This document shows, piece by piece, positions 1-7,447 of a DNA stretch of 12,535 bases. The stretch's first letter is position 1, and every line of letters starts with the position of its first letter. The DNA is from Candidatus Methylomirabilia bacterium (GTDB lineage Bacteria; Methylomirabilota; Methylomirabilia; Rokubacteriales; CSP1-6). The notes under the pieces are model-generated. The model saw nothing but the letters and a program-made list of their open reading frames with translations. It did no database searches and had not been told where the DNA came from. The stretch spans positions 1-12,535 of the forward strand of contig JBGQEL010000124.1 of assembly GCA_041496385.1 (NCBI GenBank). Reading direction: 5' to 3'. Both the position numbers and the translations under genes were made by a program.

Positions 1-606
1 CTCGACCCGGCGCCGCCGGCCGACCCCGCGTTTCGCCGCGAGCTCGACGCGATCGTGCTCAGCGAGGGACGGACGGCGCTCCACCGCCGGCTCGCCGTGA
101 CGGCGCCGGACGTGGCGCGCCGGCTCCATCCGCACGATGCGGTGCGCGTCGGGCGCGCGCTGGAGATCGTTCGCGGCGGCGGCAGCGTGGCGACCGGCTC
201 CGAGAGCTTCTGGAGCGCCGCGGGACCGTACGAGGTCGTCCACATCGGGCTCGAGACGGAGCGAGAGCGCCTCGTCGAGCGCCTCCGGGCACGCGCGGCG
301 GCGTTCGTGGCCGCGGGGCTCCCCGAGGAGGTGCGGTCGCTCCTCGCGCGGGGCTACGATCCCGCGCTGCCCTCGCTCGCGTCGATCGGATACCGTGAGT
401 TCGTTCGGGTGGCCCGAGGAGATCTCCCGCCGGAGGAGGCGCTCCGGCTCATGCAGCGCGATACCGTGCGCTACGCCAAGCGCCAGATGACCTGGTTCCG
501 GCGCGAGCCGGGCATCGAATGGATCGACGTGGACGCGGCCGGCCGCGTCGAGGGCACGGCACGCCGCATCGAGGCGAGGCTCGACGAGGAGGGCATGCTC
601 GCGTGA
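1..606 (+). CDS. miaA: tRNA dimethylallyltransferase, C-terminal part (5' end outside window)
   Basis: Frame is open from base 1 (LDPAPPADPAFRRELD...). It contains MiaA motifs LHPHDAVRVGRALE, SIGYRE and TVRYAKRQMTWFR. Stop TGA at 604-606. Lies upstream of hflX. Confidence 0.95.
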   Translation, partial: LDPAPPADPAFRRELDAIVLSEGRTALHRRLAVTAPDVARRLHPHDAVRVGRALEIVRGGGSVATGSESFWSAAGPYEVVHIGLETERERLVERLRARAAAFVAAGLPEEVRSLLARGYDPALPSLASIGYREFVRVARGDLPPEEALRLMQRDTVRYAKRQMTWFRREPGIEWIDVDAAGRVEGTARRIEARLDEEGMLA

Positions 607-1928
607 AACGCAACCGCGGACGCGACGGGAGCGGCGGCAGAGGAGCCCGGAGCACGCGGCGGGGGCCGGAGCGCGCGATGCTCGGCGCGGTGAAGCGTCC
701 CTCGCAGCGCCGGTGGGAGGTGGACGAGTCGCTGGCCGAGCTCGCGGGCCTGACCGAGGCCGCCGGCGCCAGCGTCGTCGACCGCATCGTGCAGGAGCGC
801 TCGGCGCCGACCCCGGCGCTCTACTTCGGAAAGGGGAAGGTCGAGGAGATCGGCCTGGCCGCGCAGGCGCTCACCGCGAACCTGTTCATCTCGGACGATC
901 CGCTGTCCCCCATCCAGGAGCGGAACATCTCCGAGGCGCTCGGCATCAAGACCATCGACCGGACCGCGCTGATCCTGGACATCTTCGCGCAGCGCGCGCG
1001 CTCGAGCGAGGGCAAGCTGCAGGTCGAGCTGGCGCAGCTCACCTATCTGCTGCCGCGGCTCGTCGGGCAGTGGACCCACCTCGAGCGCCTGGGCGGCGGG
1101 ATCGGTACGCGAGGCCCGGGTGAGACGCAGCTCGAATCCGACCGCCGGGTGATCCGCCGCCGCGTCATCCAGGTCCGGCGCGAGCTCGAGGGCGTCCAGC
1201 GCCACCGGCGGCTCCAGCGCCAAGGCCGGCGGCGCGCCGGCGTCCCGGTCGTCGCGCTCGTCGGCTACACGAACGCGGGAAAGACGACGCTGATGAACCG
1301 GCTGGCCGGCGCCCGCCTCACCGCCGCCAACCGCCTGTTCGTCACGCTCGATCCGGCGGCGCGCCTGGTCCAGTCCGCGCGACGCCACCCCTTCATCCTC
1401 ACCGACACGGTCGGCTTCATCCGGAAGCTGCCGCACGAGCTGGTGGCCGCGTTCCGCGCGACGCTCGAGGAGCTCGCCGACGCCGACCTGCTCCTGCACG
1501 TCGTGGACGCGAGCCACCCGGCGCTCGACGAGCACATGCGCGCCGTGCGCGACCTGCTGAAAGAGCTCGGGGTCGCGGACCGGCCGATGGTCCTGGCGCT
1601 GAACAAGATCGACCGGCTGGACACGCCGGTGGAGCCCGTCGGGACGCGGCTCGGCGGGGTCGCGATCTCGGCGGCGACGGGCGAGGGGATCGACGAGCTC
1701 CTGGCGGCCGTGGACCGCGCGCTGCCCGTGGGCGGCGCCGCGACGCTCCGCATCCCGCACACCGACGGCGCCGCGCTCGCGCTCTGCTACGAGCGGGGAC
1801 GCGTGCTGACGCGCACCGACGAGGCCGACGCGGTCAGGCTCGACGTCGACCTGCCCCGCCAGCTGCTCGGGGCGCTGGCGGCCTACCGCGTGCCCGGAGG
1901 GGCGGCGGTGGTCCCGGTGGTAGACTGA
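603..1928 (+). CDS. hflX: Ribosome-splitting GTPase HflX (441 aa from GTG 603)
   Basis: N-domain motifs IDRTALILDIFAQRARSSEGKLQVELAQL and GGIGTRGPGETQLE. G1 GYTNAGKT, G2 LFVTLDP, G3 DTVG, G4 NKID, G5 SAATG. GTG 603 overlaps the miaA stop (GTGA), with SD GAGGAGGG at 586-593. Confidence 0.95.
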   Translation: MKRNRGRDGSGGRGARSTRRGPERAMLGAVKRPSQRRWEVDESLAELAGLTEAAGASVVDRIVQERSAPTPALYFGKGKVEEIGLAAQALTANLFISDDPLSPIQERNISEALGIKTIDRTALILDIFAQRARSSEGKLQVELAQLTYLLPRLVGQWTHLERLGGGIGTRGPGETQLESDRRVIRRRVIQVRRELEGVQRHRRLQRQGRRRAGVPVVALVGYTNAGKTTLMNRLAGARLTAANRLFVTLDPAARLVQSARRHPFILTDTVGFIRKLPHELVAAFRATLEELADADLLLHVVDASHPALDEHMRAVRDLLKELGVADRPMVLALNKIDRLDTPVEPVGTRLGGVAISAATGEGIDELLAAVDRALPVGGAATLRIPHTDGAALALCYERGRVLTRTDEADAVRLDVDLPRQLLGALAAYRVPGGAAVVPVVD

Positions 1929-1939
1929 GCCGCTCTCCC

Positions 1940-2512
1940 ATGGGACTGGCGAACTCGCTCACCCTGCTGCGCATCGTGATGATCCCGCTCTTCGTCTCGC
2001 TGCTCGTCTACCGCAAGCCGGAGGCCGCGCTCGTGGTGTTCGCCGTGGCGGCGCTCACCGACCTGCTCGACGGCTACATCGCCCGGCGGCAGGGCAGCCA
2101 GAGCCGGCTCGGCGCGTTTCTCGACCCGATGGCCGACAAGCTCCTGCTCACGGCGTCGTTCGTGACGCTCACGTACCTCAAGGCGCTGCCGTTCTGGATC
2201 GCCGCGGTCGTCATCAGCCGCGACGTCATCCTCGCCCTGGGCACCGCGCTGATCTACATGCTGGGCGGTCGCGTGCATCCGCGCCCGACGTGGGCGGGGA
2301 AGGCCGCGACCTTCTTCCAGATCCTCACCGTGCTGACGGGATTGCTCGCACGCTACTTCCAGCCGTCCATCGCGCCGCGCGTCGTCCTGTGGCTCGCCGC
2401 CGTGTTCACGGTCGCGTCCGGGCTGCAGTACACCGTCCAGGGCATGCGGTTTCTCACCGCGGCGCACGACGAGGAGCGGGCGGGATCCCGTGAAGACGCG
2501 CTCCTCCGCTGA
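1940..2512 (+). CDS. pgsA: CDP-alcohol phosphatidyltransferase, PgsA-like (phosphatidylglycerophosphate synthase)
   Basis: N-terminus ANSLTLLRI and family signature DLLDGYIARRQGSQSRLGAFLDPMADK. Several hydrophobic helices. Exact substrate cannot be determined from sequence alone. Confidence 0.82.
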   Translation: MGLANSLTLLRIVMIPLFVSLLVYRKPEAALVVFAVAALTDLLDGYIARRQGSQSRLGAFLDPMADKLLLTASFVTLTYLKALPFWIAAVVISRDVILALGTALIYMLGGRVHPRPTWAGKAATFFQILTVLTGLLARYFQPSIAPRVVLWLAAVFTVASGLQYTVQGMRFLTAAHDEERAGSREDALLR

Positions 2513-3809
2513 GGGCGTCGTGATCGCCGTCGTGCGCGCGGGCACGCCCGCCGCGGCGGCGGGGCTGGCCGCGGGTGACCGCGTCCTGGCGATCAACGGC
2601 CAGCGGCTTCGCGACGCGATCGACTTCCAGTTCCACGCGGGCGAAGAGCGCCTCGCCCTCGAGGTCGAGCGCGACGGCGAGCGCCGGGCGCGGGTCCTGC
2701 GGCGCCGCGGCGCCGACCTGGGTCTGGAGCTTGTGCCGCCCCGGCCGGCCGAGATCGCGACCTGCGCCAACAAGTGCGTCTTCTGCTTCATCCACCAGCT
2801 GCCGAAGGGCCTGCGCCGCAGTCTCTACGTGAAGGACGACGACTTTCGGCTGTCGTTTCTCCACGGCAACTACATCACGCTGACCGATCTGGGCGAGGCC
2901 GACCTCGAGCGGATCGTCACGCAGCGCCTGTCGCCCCTCTACATATCCGTCCACGCGACGGATCCCGCGCTGCGCCACCGGCTCCTCGGCGAGCCGCGGC
3001 TGTCGGCGGAGATCCTGCCGCGCATGGAGCGCCTCGCAAAGGCCGGCATCCGGATGCACGCCCAGATCGTGCTCTGCCCGGACTGGAACGACGGCGCGCA
3101 CCTGGCGCGCTCCGTGACCGAGCTGGCGCCGCTCCACCCCGCGGTCGCGACGGTCGCCGTCGTCCCCGTCGGGCTCACGCGCTACCGCGAGCGCCTGCCG
3201 GCTCTCCGGAGTCTCACGCCCGACGAGGCGGGGCGGCTCGTCGACACCGCCGCCGACTGGCAGGCGCGTTTTCTCGCCGAGCTCGGGAGCCGATTCGTCT
3301 TTCTCGCCGACGAGATCTATCTCCTGGCGGGCCGGGAGCTTCCGGCCGCGGAGGCGTACGAGGGGTTCCCGATCGCCGAGGACGGCGTCGGCCTCGTGCG
3401 GCGTTTCGAGGACGAGCTCGACGCCGCGCTCCGTCCGCGGCGCCGCCGCGCCCCCGGGACGCGCGTCACGATCGTGACCGGCGAGATGTTCGCGCCCCGC
3501 CTGGCGGCGCTCCTCGCGCACGGCGGTCTCACGGCGGCGGGCGCGGGCGTCGCCGCGGTGCCCAACGAGTTCTTCGGCCGGGCGATCGGGGTGGCGGGCC
3601 TCCTGACGGGGCGCGACATCCAGAAGCATCTCGCGACGCTCCCGGATCTCGGGGGGGCCGTGCTCGTTCCCGGGGCCGCGCTGCGCGACGCGGACGGGGT
3701 CTTCCTCGACGACCTGATGCCGGCCGAGCTCGCGCGCGATCTCGGCGTCCCGGTCCGCGTGGTCGAGCCGTCGGCGGCCGCGCTCCTCGCGGCGCTGCGC
3801 GACGCCTGA
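2490..3809 (+). CDS. PDZ + radical-SAM-like Fe-S protein, DUF512 family
   Basis: N-terminal PDZ-like segment (GTPAAAAGLAAGDRVLAINGQ) and a CxxxCxxC motif CANKCVFC followed by FIHQLPKGLRRSLYVKDDDFRLSFLHGNYITLT. Also VVPVGLTRYR, FLADEIY, NEFFG..IGVAGLLTGRDI and GVFLDD. Start is GTG 2490 (alternative GTG 2520). Confidence 0.88.
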   Translation: MKTRSSAEGVVIAVVRAGTPAAAAGLAAGDRVLAINGQRLRDAIDFQFHAGEERLALEVERDGERRARVLRRRGADLGLELVPPRPAEIATCANKCVFCFIHQLPKGLRRSLYVKDDDFRLSFLHGNYITLTDLGEADLERIVTQRLSPLYISVHATDPALRHRLLGEPRLSAEILPRMERLAKAGIRMHAQIVLCPDWNDGAHLARSVTELAPLHPAVATVAVVPVGLTRYRERLPALRSLTPDEAGRLVDTAADWQARFLAELGSRFVFLADEIYLLAGRELPAAEAYEGFPIAEDGVGLVRRFEDELDAALRPRRRRAPGTRVTIVTGEMFAPRLAALLAHGGLTAAGAGVAAVPNEFFGRAIGVAGLLTGRDIQKHLATLPDLGGAVLVPGAALRDADGVFLDDLMPAELARDLGVPVRVVEPSAAALLAALRDA

Positions 3810-3819
3810 GGCGCGCTCC

Positions 3820-5184
3820 ATCGCCGCGCGCGCCGAGCTCCCCGTCGTCGCGATCGTCGGCCGGCCGAACGTGGGCAAATCCACGCTCTTCAACCGTCTC
3901 GTCGGTCGCCGGCGCGCCATCGTGCGCGACGTGCCGGGCGTCACCCGCGACCGCCTCTACGGGCAGGTGAGCTTCGAGCGCTGGCAGGCGACGGTGATCG
4001 ACACGGGGGGCTTCGATCCGTCGTCCGAGGAGCCGCTCATCGAGGGGGTGCGCCGCCAGGTGCTCGCCGCGGTGGAGGAGGCGGACGTCGTCCTCTTCGT
4101 CGTGGACGCGCGCACGGGCGCGACCGCGCTCGACCTCGAGATCGCGCGCCAGCTCCGGCGCGCCGATCGCCCGGTGGTGCTCACCGCGAACAAGGTGGAG
4201 AGCGGCACGCAGGCGGGCGCGCTCGCCGAGCTGTACACGCTCGGCTTCGGCGAGCCGCATCCGGTGTCGGCGGAGCACGGGCGTGGCGTCGCGGAGCTCC
4301 TCGAGGTGCTCCGCGCGCGCACACCGGTCGTGGAGGGACGCGCCGACCGGCCGGGCGTGCCGGTCAACGTCGCGATCATCGGACGGCCGAACGTCGGCAA
4401 GTCGTCGCTCGTGAACGCGATGGTCGGCAGCGAGCGCGTGCTCGTGCACGAGGCGCCCGGCACGACGCGGGACGCGGTGGACATCACGCTCGTCCGCGAT
4501 GGCCGCACCTACGTCCTCGTCGACACGGCCGGCATCCGCCGCAAGGGGCGGGTCCAGGAGCCGCTCGAGAAGCTCGCGGTCGTCATGGCGCTGCGGAGCC
4601 TGGAGCGCTGCCACGTCGCGGTGGTCATCGTCGACGCGTCCGAGGGCGTGGCCTCGCAGGACGCCCACATCGCCGGCTACGCGAACGACGCGGGGCGCGC
4701 CACCGTCATCGCCGTCAACAAGTGGGACCTCGTCCCGCACGGGCTCGTGCGCAAGGCGGAGGTCGTGGACCAGATCCAGGAGCGGCTGCCGTTCCTGGAC
4801 TGGGCGCCCGCGTGCTTCACCTCCGCCCTGAGCGGCCAGGGACTGCCCGAGCTCTTCGACACGATCGACAAGGCCGCGATCGAGTTCCGGCGGCGCATCC
4901 CCGCGGGTGAGGTGACCCGGGTGCTCCGGATGGCGCTCGAGCGGCGGCCGATCTCCGTGGGCGGCGCGCCACTGATGCTCCAGTCGGCCTCGCAGGTGAG
5001 CGCGGAGCCGCCCACCTTCGCGCTCCGCGTGAACCGTCCGGAGGGGATCCATTTCTCGTACGAGCGCTACCTGGTCAAGTCGCTGCGCCATGCGTTCGGG
5101 CTCGCCGGTACGCCGATCCGCCTGTCGATGCGCCGGGGAAGCCCGCCGCGCTCGCGCGCGGGAACGCGGAAAGCGTCCCGGTGA
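3820..5184 (+). CDS. der: Ribosome biogenesis GTPase Der/EngA. Start uncertain: non-canonical ATC 3820 or ACG 3802.
   Basis: Two tandem G domains (VAIVGRPNVGKST, PGVTRD, DTGG, NKVE, SAEHG; then IIGRPNVGKSS, PGTTRD, DTAG, NKWD) and a C-terminal KH-like domain (PPTF...SYERYL...FGLAGTPIRL). The ORF-track start GTG 3871 lies inside the first P-loop, so the real start must be upstream. Confidence 0.93.
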   Translation: MAARAELPVVAIVGRPNVGKSTLFNRLVGRRRAIVRDVPGVTRDRLYGQVSFERWQATVIDTGGFDPSSEEPLIEGVRRQVLAAVEEADVVLFVVDARTGATALDLEIARQLRRADRPVVLTANKVESGTQAGALAELYTLGFGEPHPVSAEHGRGVAELLEVLRARTPVVEGRADRPGVPVNVAIIGRPNVGKSSLVNAMVGSERVLVHEAPGTTRDAVDITLVRDGRTYVLVDTAGIRRKGRVQEPLEKLAVVMALRSLERCHVAVVIVDASEGVASQDAHIAGYANDAGRATVIAVNKWDLVPHGLVRKAEVVDQIQERLPFLDWAPACFTSALSGQGLPELFDTIDKAAIEFRRRIPAGEVTRVLRMALERRPISVGGAPLMLQSASQVSAEPPTFALRVNRPEGIHFSYERYLVKSLRHAFGLAGTPIRLSMRRGSPPRSRAGTRKASR

Positions 5185-6128
5185 AGGGCAGGCGTCGCGG
5201 CTCGAGCCCGCGCGCGGTGCTGGCCCTGCTGGCGCTCCTCCTCGTCGGCGGCATGGCGATCGTCCTGTCGAATCCGCGCCACCGCGCCTTCTACTTCGGC
5301 GGCGGGAGCGTGGAGGAGGCCCCGCGCGCGGCCCGCGCCGCGCCGCGGGCCAGCTTCAGGCTCCCGGCGCCGACGCGCTTCGGGGGCCCGGCGGACGCGC
5401 CCGCGATCTCGCCCGTGGCGGCGGTGGGCGCGGGCCGCCGGGTGCCGCTGCCCGGCGCCGACGGGCGTATCGAGATTCCGGTGGCCGACCGGATCCCGGT
5501 CCGGCTGCCCGCCGACGGGGTGCCCCCGGGCTGGGAGCTCAAGGAGTTCGCGGGCCGCGCCGCCGTCGAGCTCGTCCGCAGCGATCCGGGCGTCGCCATG
5601 CGCCTGCGGAGCGCCCACGCCTCGTTCGCCCTCTATCGAGACGTCATCGTGGATCTCAGGGAGTACCCGATCCTCGCCTGGCACTGGAAGGTGGTGAAGC
5701 TGCCGCCAGCGGGCGACGTGCGCGCGGCGGCCACGGACGACCAGGCGGCGCAGCTCTACGTGATCTTCCCGCGCTGGCCCGCGCCGTTCGTCAACAGCGA
5801 GGTAGTCGGCTACGTCTGGGACAGCCGCGCCCCCGTCGGGACGCGCCTGCCGAGCACGAGGGCGCCCAACGTCAGGATCCTGGTGGTCGAGTCGGGCGCG
5901 GCGCGGCTCGACACCTGGCAGCGGCAGGAGCGGAACGTGGCCGCGGACTACGCGGCCCTCTTCGGCCGGCCGGCGCCTCGGGTCGGCCAGGTCGCGGTCA
6001 TGATCGACAGCAACGACACGCGGACCGACGCCGAGGCCCTGTTCGCCGGGCTCGCCTTTGGAAGGGCCAGCGCGGAACGCACGGAAAAGCCAACGTCTAT
6101 GCTAAGATCACGCGCAAATGAACCCTGA
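5181..6128 (+). CDS. DUF3047-family protein with N-terminal membrane anchor or signal
   Basis: Basic N-terminus followed by a hydrophobic helix (AVLALLALLLVGGMAIVL). C-terminal domain has PILAWHWKV, DDQAAQLYVIF, GYVWDS, VVESG, WQRQERNVAADY and VAVMIDSNDT, resembling DUF3047. GTGA overlap with the der stop. Confidence 0.75.
   Translation: MKGRRRGSSPRAVLALLALLLVGGMAIVLSNPRHRAFYFGGGSVEEAPRAARAAPRASFRLPAPTRFGGPADAPAISPVAAVGAGRRVPLPGADGRIEIPVADRIPVRLPADGVPPGWELKEFAGRAAVELVRSDPGVAMRLRSAHASFALYRDVIVDLREYPILAWHWKVVKLPPAGDVRAAATDDQAAQLYVIFPRWPAPFVNSEVVGYVWDSRAPVGTRLPSTRAPNVRILVVESGAARLDTWQRQERNVAADYAALFGRPAPRVGQVAVMIDSNDTRTDAEALFAGLAFGRASAERTEKPTSMLRSRANEP
6098..6108 (+). promoter_or_regulatory. Putative extended -10 promoter (TATGCTAAGAT) for SPOR-ihfA-merR
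   Basis: TG-C-TAAGAT at 6100-6108 in a locally AT-rich patch, 9 nt before ATG 6118. No convincing -35 and no SD. Confidence 0.6.
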
Positions 6129-7140
6129 CGATCGCGACAACGAAGACCCCGAATCCGAGCCGTACGAGCCCGAGCCGCCGCGCTCGATCTTCTCGGCGCT
6201 CTGGTTTCGTGTCGTGCTCGTGGTGGTCGTGGTCGGTGTCATCGCCGCGCTCGCCGTGCCGTACGTCCTCGAGTGGATGAGCCCGCCGCCGCAAATGACG
6301 ACGACGCTGAAGCCAGCCGCGACGCCCGCGACGCCGCCCTCGCGGCTGCCCGCACCTGTTGTTCCCGCGCCCGCGGCTCCGACGCCCACCGCGCCGGCGC
6401 CCGCGCTCCTGACGCCGCCGGTGGCGTCGCCGACGATGTCGCTCATGACACCGCCCGCGCCCACCATGACGGCGCCGGAGCGGAAGGCGCCGCCGCCCGC
6501 GAAGCCTGCGCCGGTCGAGAAGAGCGCCAGGAAGGAGCCCGCGCGACGGCCCGCGCCCGCGAAGGCCGTGGCGAAGGCGGCGGCGCCCGCGAGCGGAGCC
6601 TATTTCGTGCAGGTGGGCGCGTTCAAGGACCGCGACCACGCGAAGAACCTCGCCACACGCCTGCGCGCCGACAAGTTCACCGTCGAGGAGACCAGCGCGG
6701 GCGCCGGCGAGGCGAAGGCCGCCGCGCCCGAGCCCGCTCCGTCGGCGGCCGGCGGCTCGTCCGATCTGTATGACGTGTTCGTCAGCGGCGGGTCCGCGGC
6801 CGACATCAACGCCAAGCTGGCGGCGAAGGGACTGTCCACCGCCGCGGCGGGGACCGGCGTCGTCGTGAAGCCGAGCCTGCCGCTGCGTGACGCGGTCGCG
6901 CTGTCCAAGGATCTCGCCGTCGAGGGGCTGAAGGTGCAGGTCCGCCGCTCGACGAGCGGGGCGAGCGCGTCCGTGCGGCCGGCGGCCCCGGCGCGCCCAG
7001 CGGCGCCGGCACCGAGCGGTGACACGCTCTACCGGGTCAGAGTCGGGCCGTTCGCCGACCGCGCGGCGGCCGTGGAGGCGCTCGGCTCCCTCCGCGACCG
7101 GGGCTACAAGGACTCCTTCATCGCGCGGGGCGGCGCATGA
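6118..7140 (+). CDS. Bitopic SPOR-domain protein (FtsN/DedD-like architecture)
   Basis: Acidic cytoplasmic N-tail, one TM helix (VVLVVVVVGVIAALAV), a Pro/Ala-rich linker, and SPOR half-repeats YFVQVGAFKDRDHAKNLATRL and LYRVRVGPFADRAAAVEALGSL. Confidence 0.85.
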   Translation: MNPDDRDNEDPESEPYEPEPPRSIFSALWFRVVLVVVVVGVIAALAVPYVLEWMSPPPQMTTTLKPAATPATPPSRLPAPVVPAPAAPTPTAPAPALLTPPVASPTMSLMTPPAPTMTAPERKAPPPAKPAPVEKSARKEPARRPAPAKAVAKAAAPASGAYFVQVGAFKDRDHAKNLATRLRADKFTVEETSAGAGEAKAAAPEPAPSAAGGSSDLYDVFVSGGSAADINAKLAAKGLSTAAAGTGVVVKPSLPLRDAVALSKDLAVEGLKVQVRRSTSGASASVRPAAPARPAAPAPSGDTLYRVRVGPFADRAAAVEALGSLRDRGYKDSFIARGGA

Positions 7141-7165
7141 TGCTGCGAGGAGGTGACGGTTCACC

Positions 7166-7447
7166 GTGACGAAGAACGATCTGGTCAACGCCGTGGCGGC
7201 CCATGGCCTGTCGAAGCGCCAGTCGGCGTCCGTCGTGGAGTCGGTCTTCGACATCATCTTCCGCTGCTTCGAGAAGGGCGAGGACGTCAAGATCGTCGGC
7301 TTCGGGCACTTCCGCATCCGGCGAAAGGCGTCGCGGCGCGGCCGGAACCCGCAGACCGGCGAGTCCATCGAGATCACCGCGCGCAAGGTGCTCACGTTCA
7401 AGCCGAGCAAGGGGCTCAAGCAACGGATCAACACGCAGACGGCCTGA
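7166..7447 (+). CDS. ihfA: Integration host factor alpha subunit (HU/IHF family)
   Basis: MTKNDL...GEDVKIVGFGHF...GRNPQTGESIEITARKVLTFKPS. SD GAGGAGG at 7147-7153. The ihfA-merR-tRNA-Pro order supports the alpha subunit. Confidence 0.88.
   Translation: MTKNDLVNAVAAHGLSKRQSASVVESVFDIIFRCFEKGEDVKIVGFGHFRIRRKASRRGRNPQTGESIEITARKVLTFKPSKGLKQRINTQTA

Noticed and set aside
2774..3970. 398-aa alternative + frame ORF and similar Arg/Gly/Pro-rich off-frame ORFs (e.g. 5090-6121, 9905-10663)
   Set aside because: Their low-complexity composition is typical of off-frame translation of GC-rich genes, and they overlap real genes.
4189..4200. Der GD1 G4 motif reads NKVE instead of NKxD
   Set aside because: NKxE variants in Der GD1 occur in several lineages as far as I recall, so this is not evidence of altered function or pseudogenisation.
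6280..6600. Repetitive GCG/CCG/ACG-rich stretch suggesting a tandem repeat
   Set aside because: It is explained by the Pro/Ala/Thr-rich linker of the SPOR protein and has no fixed repeat unit.
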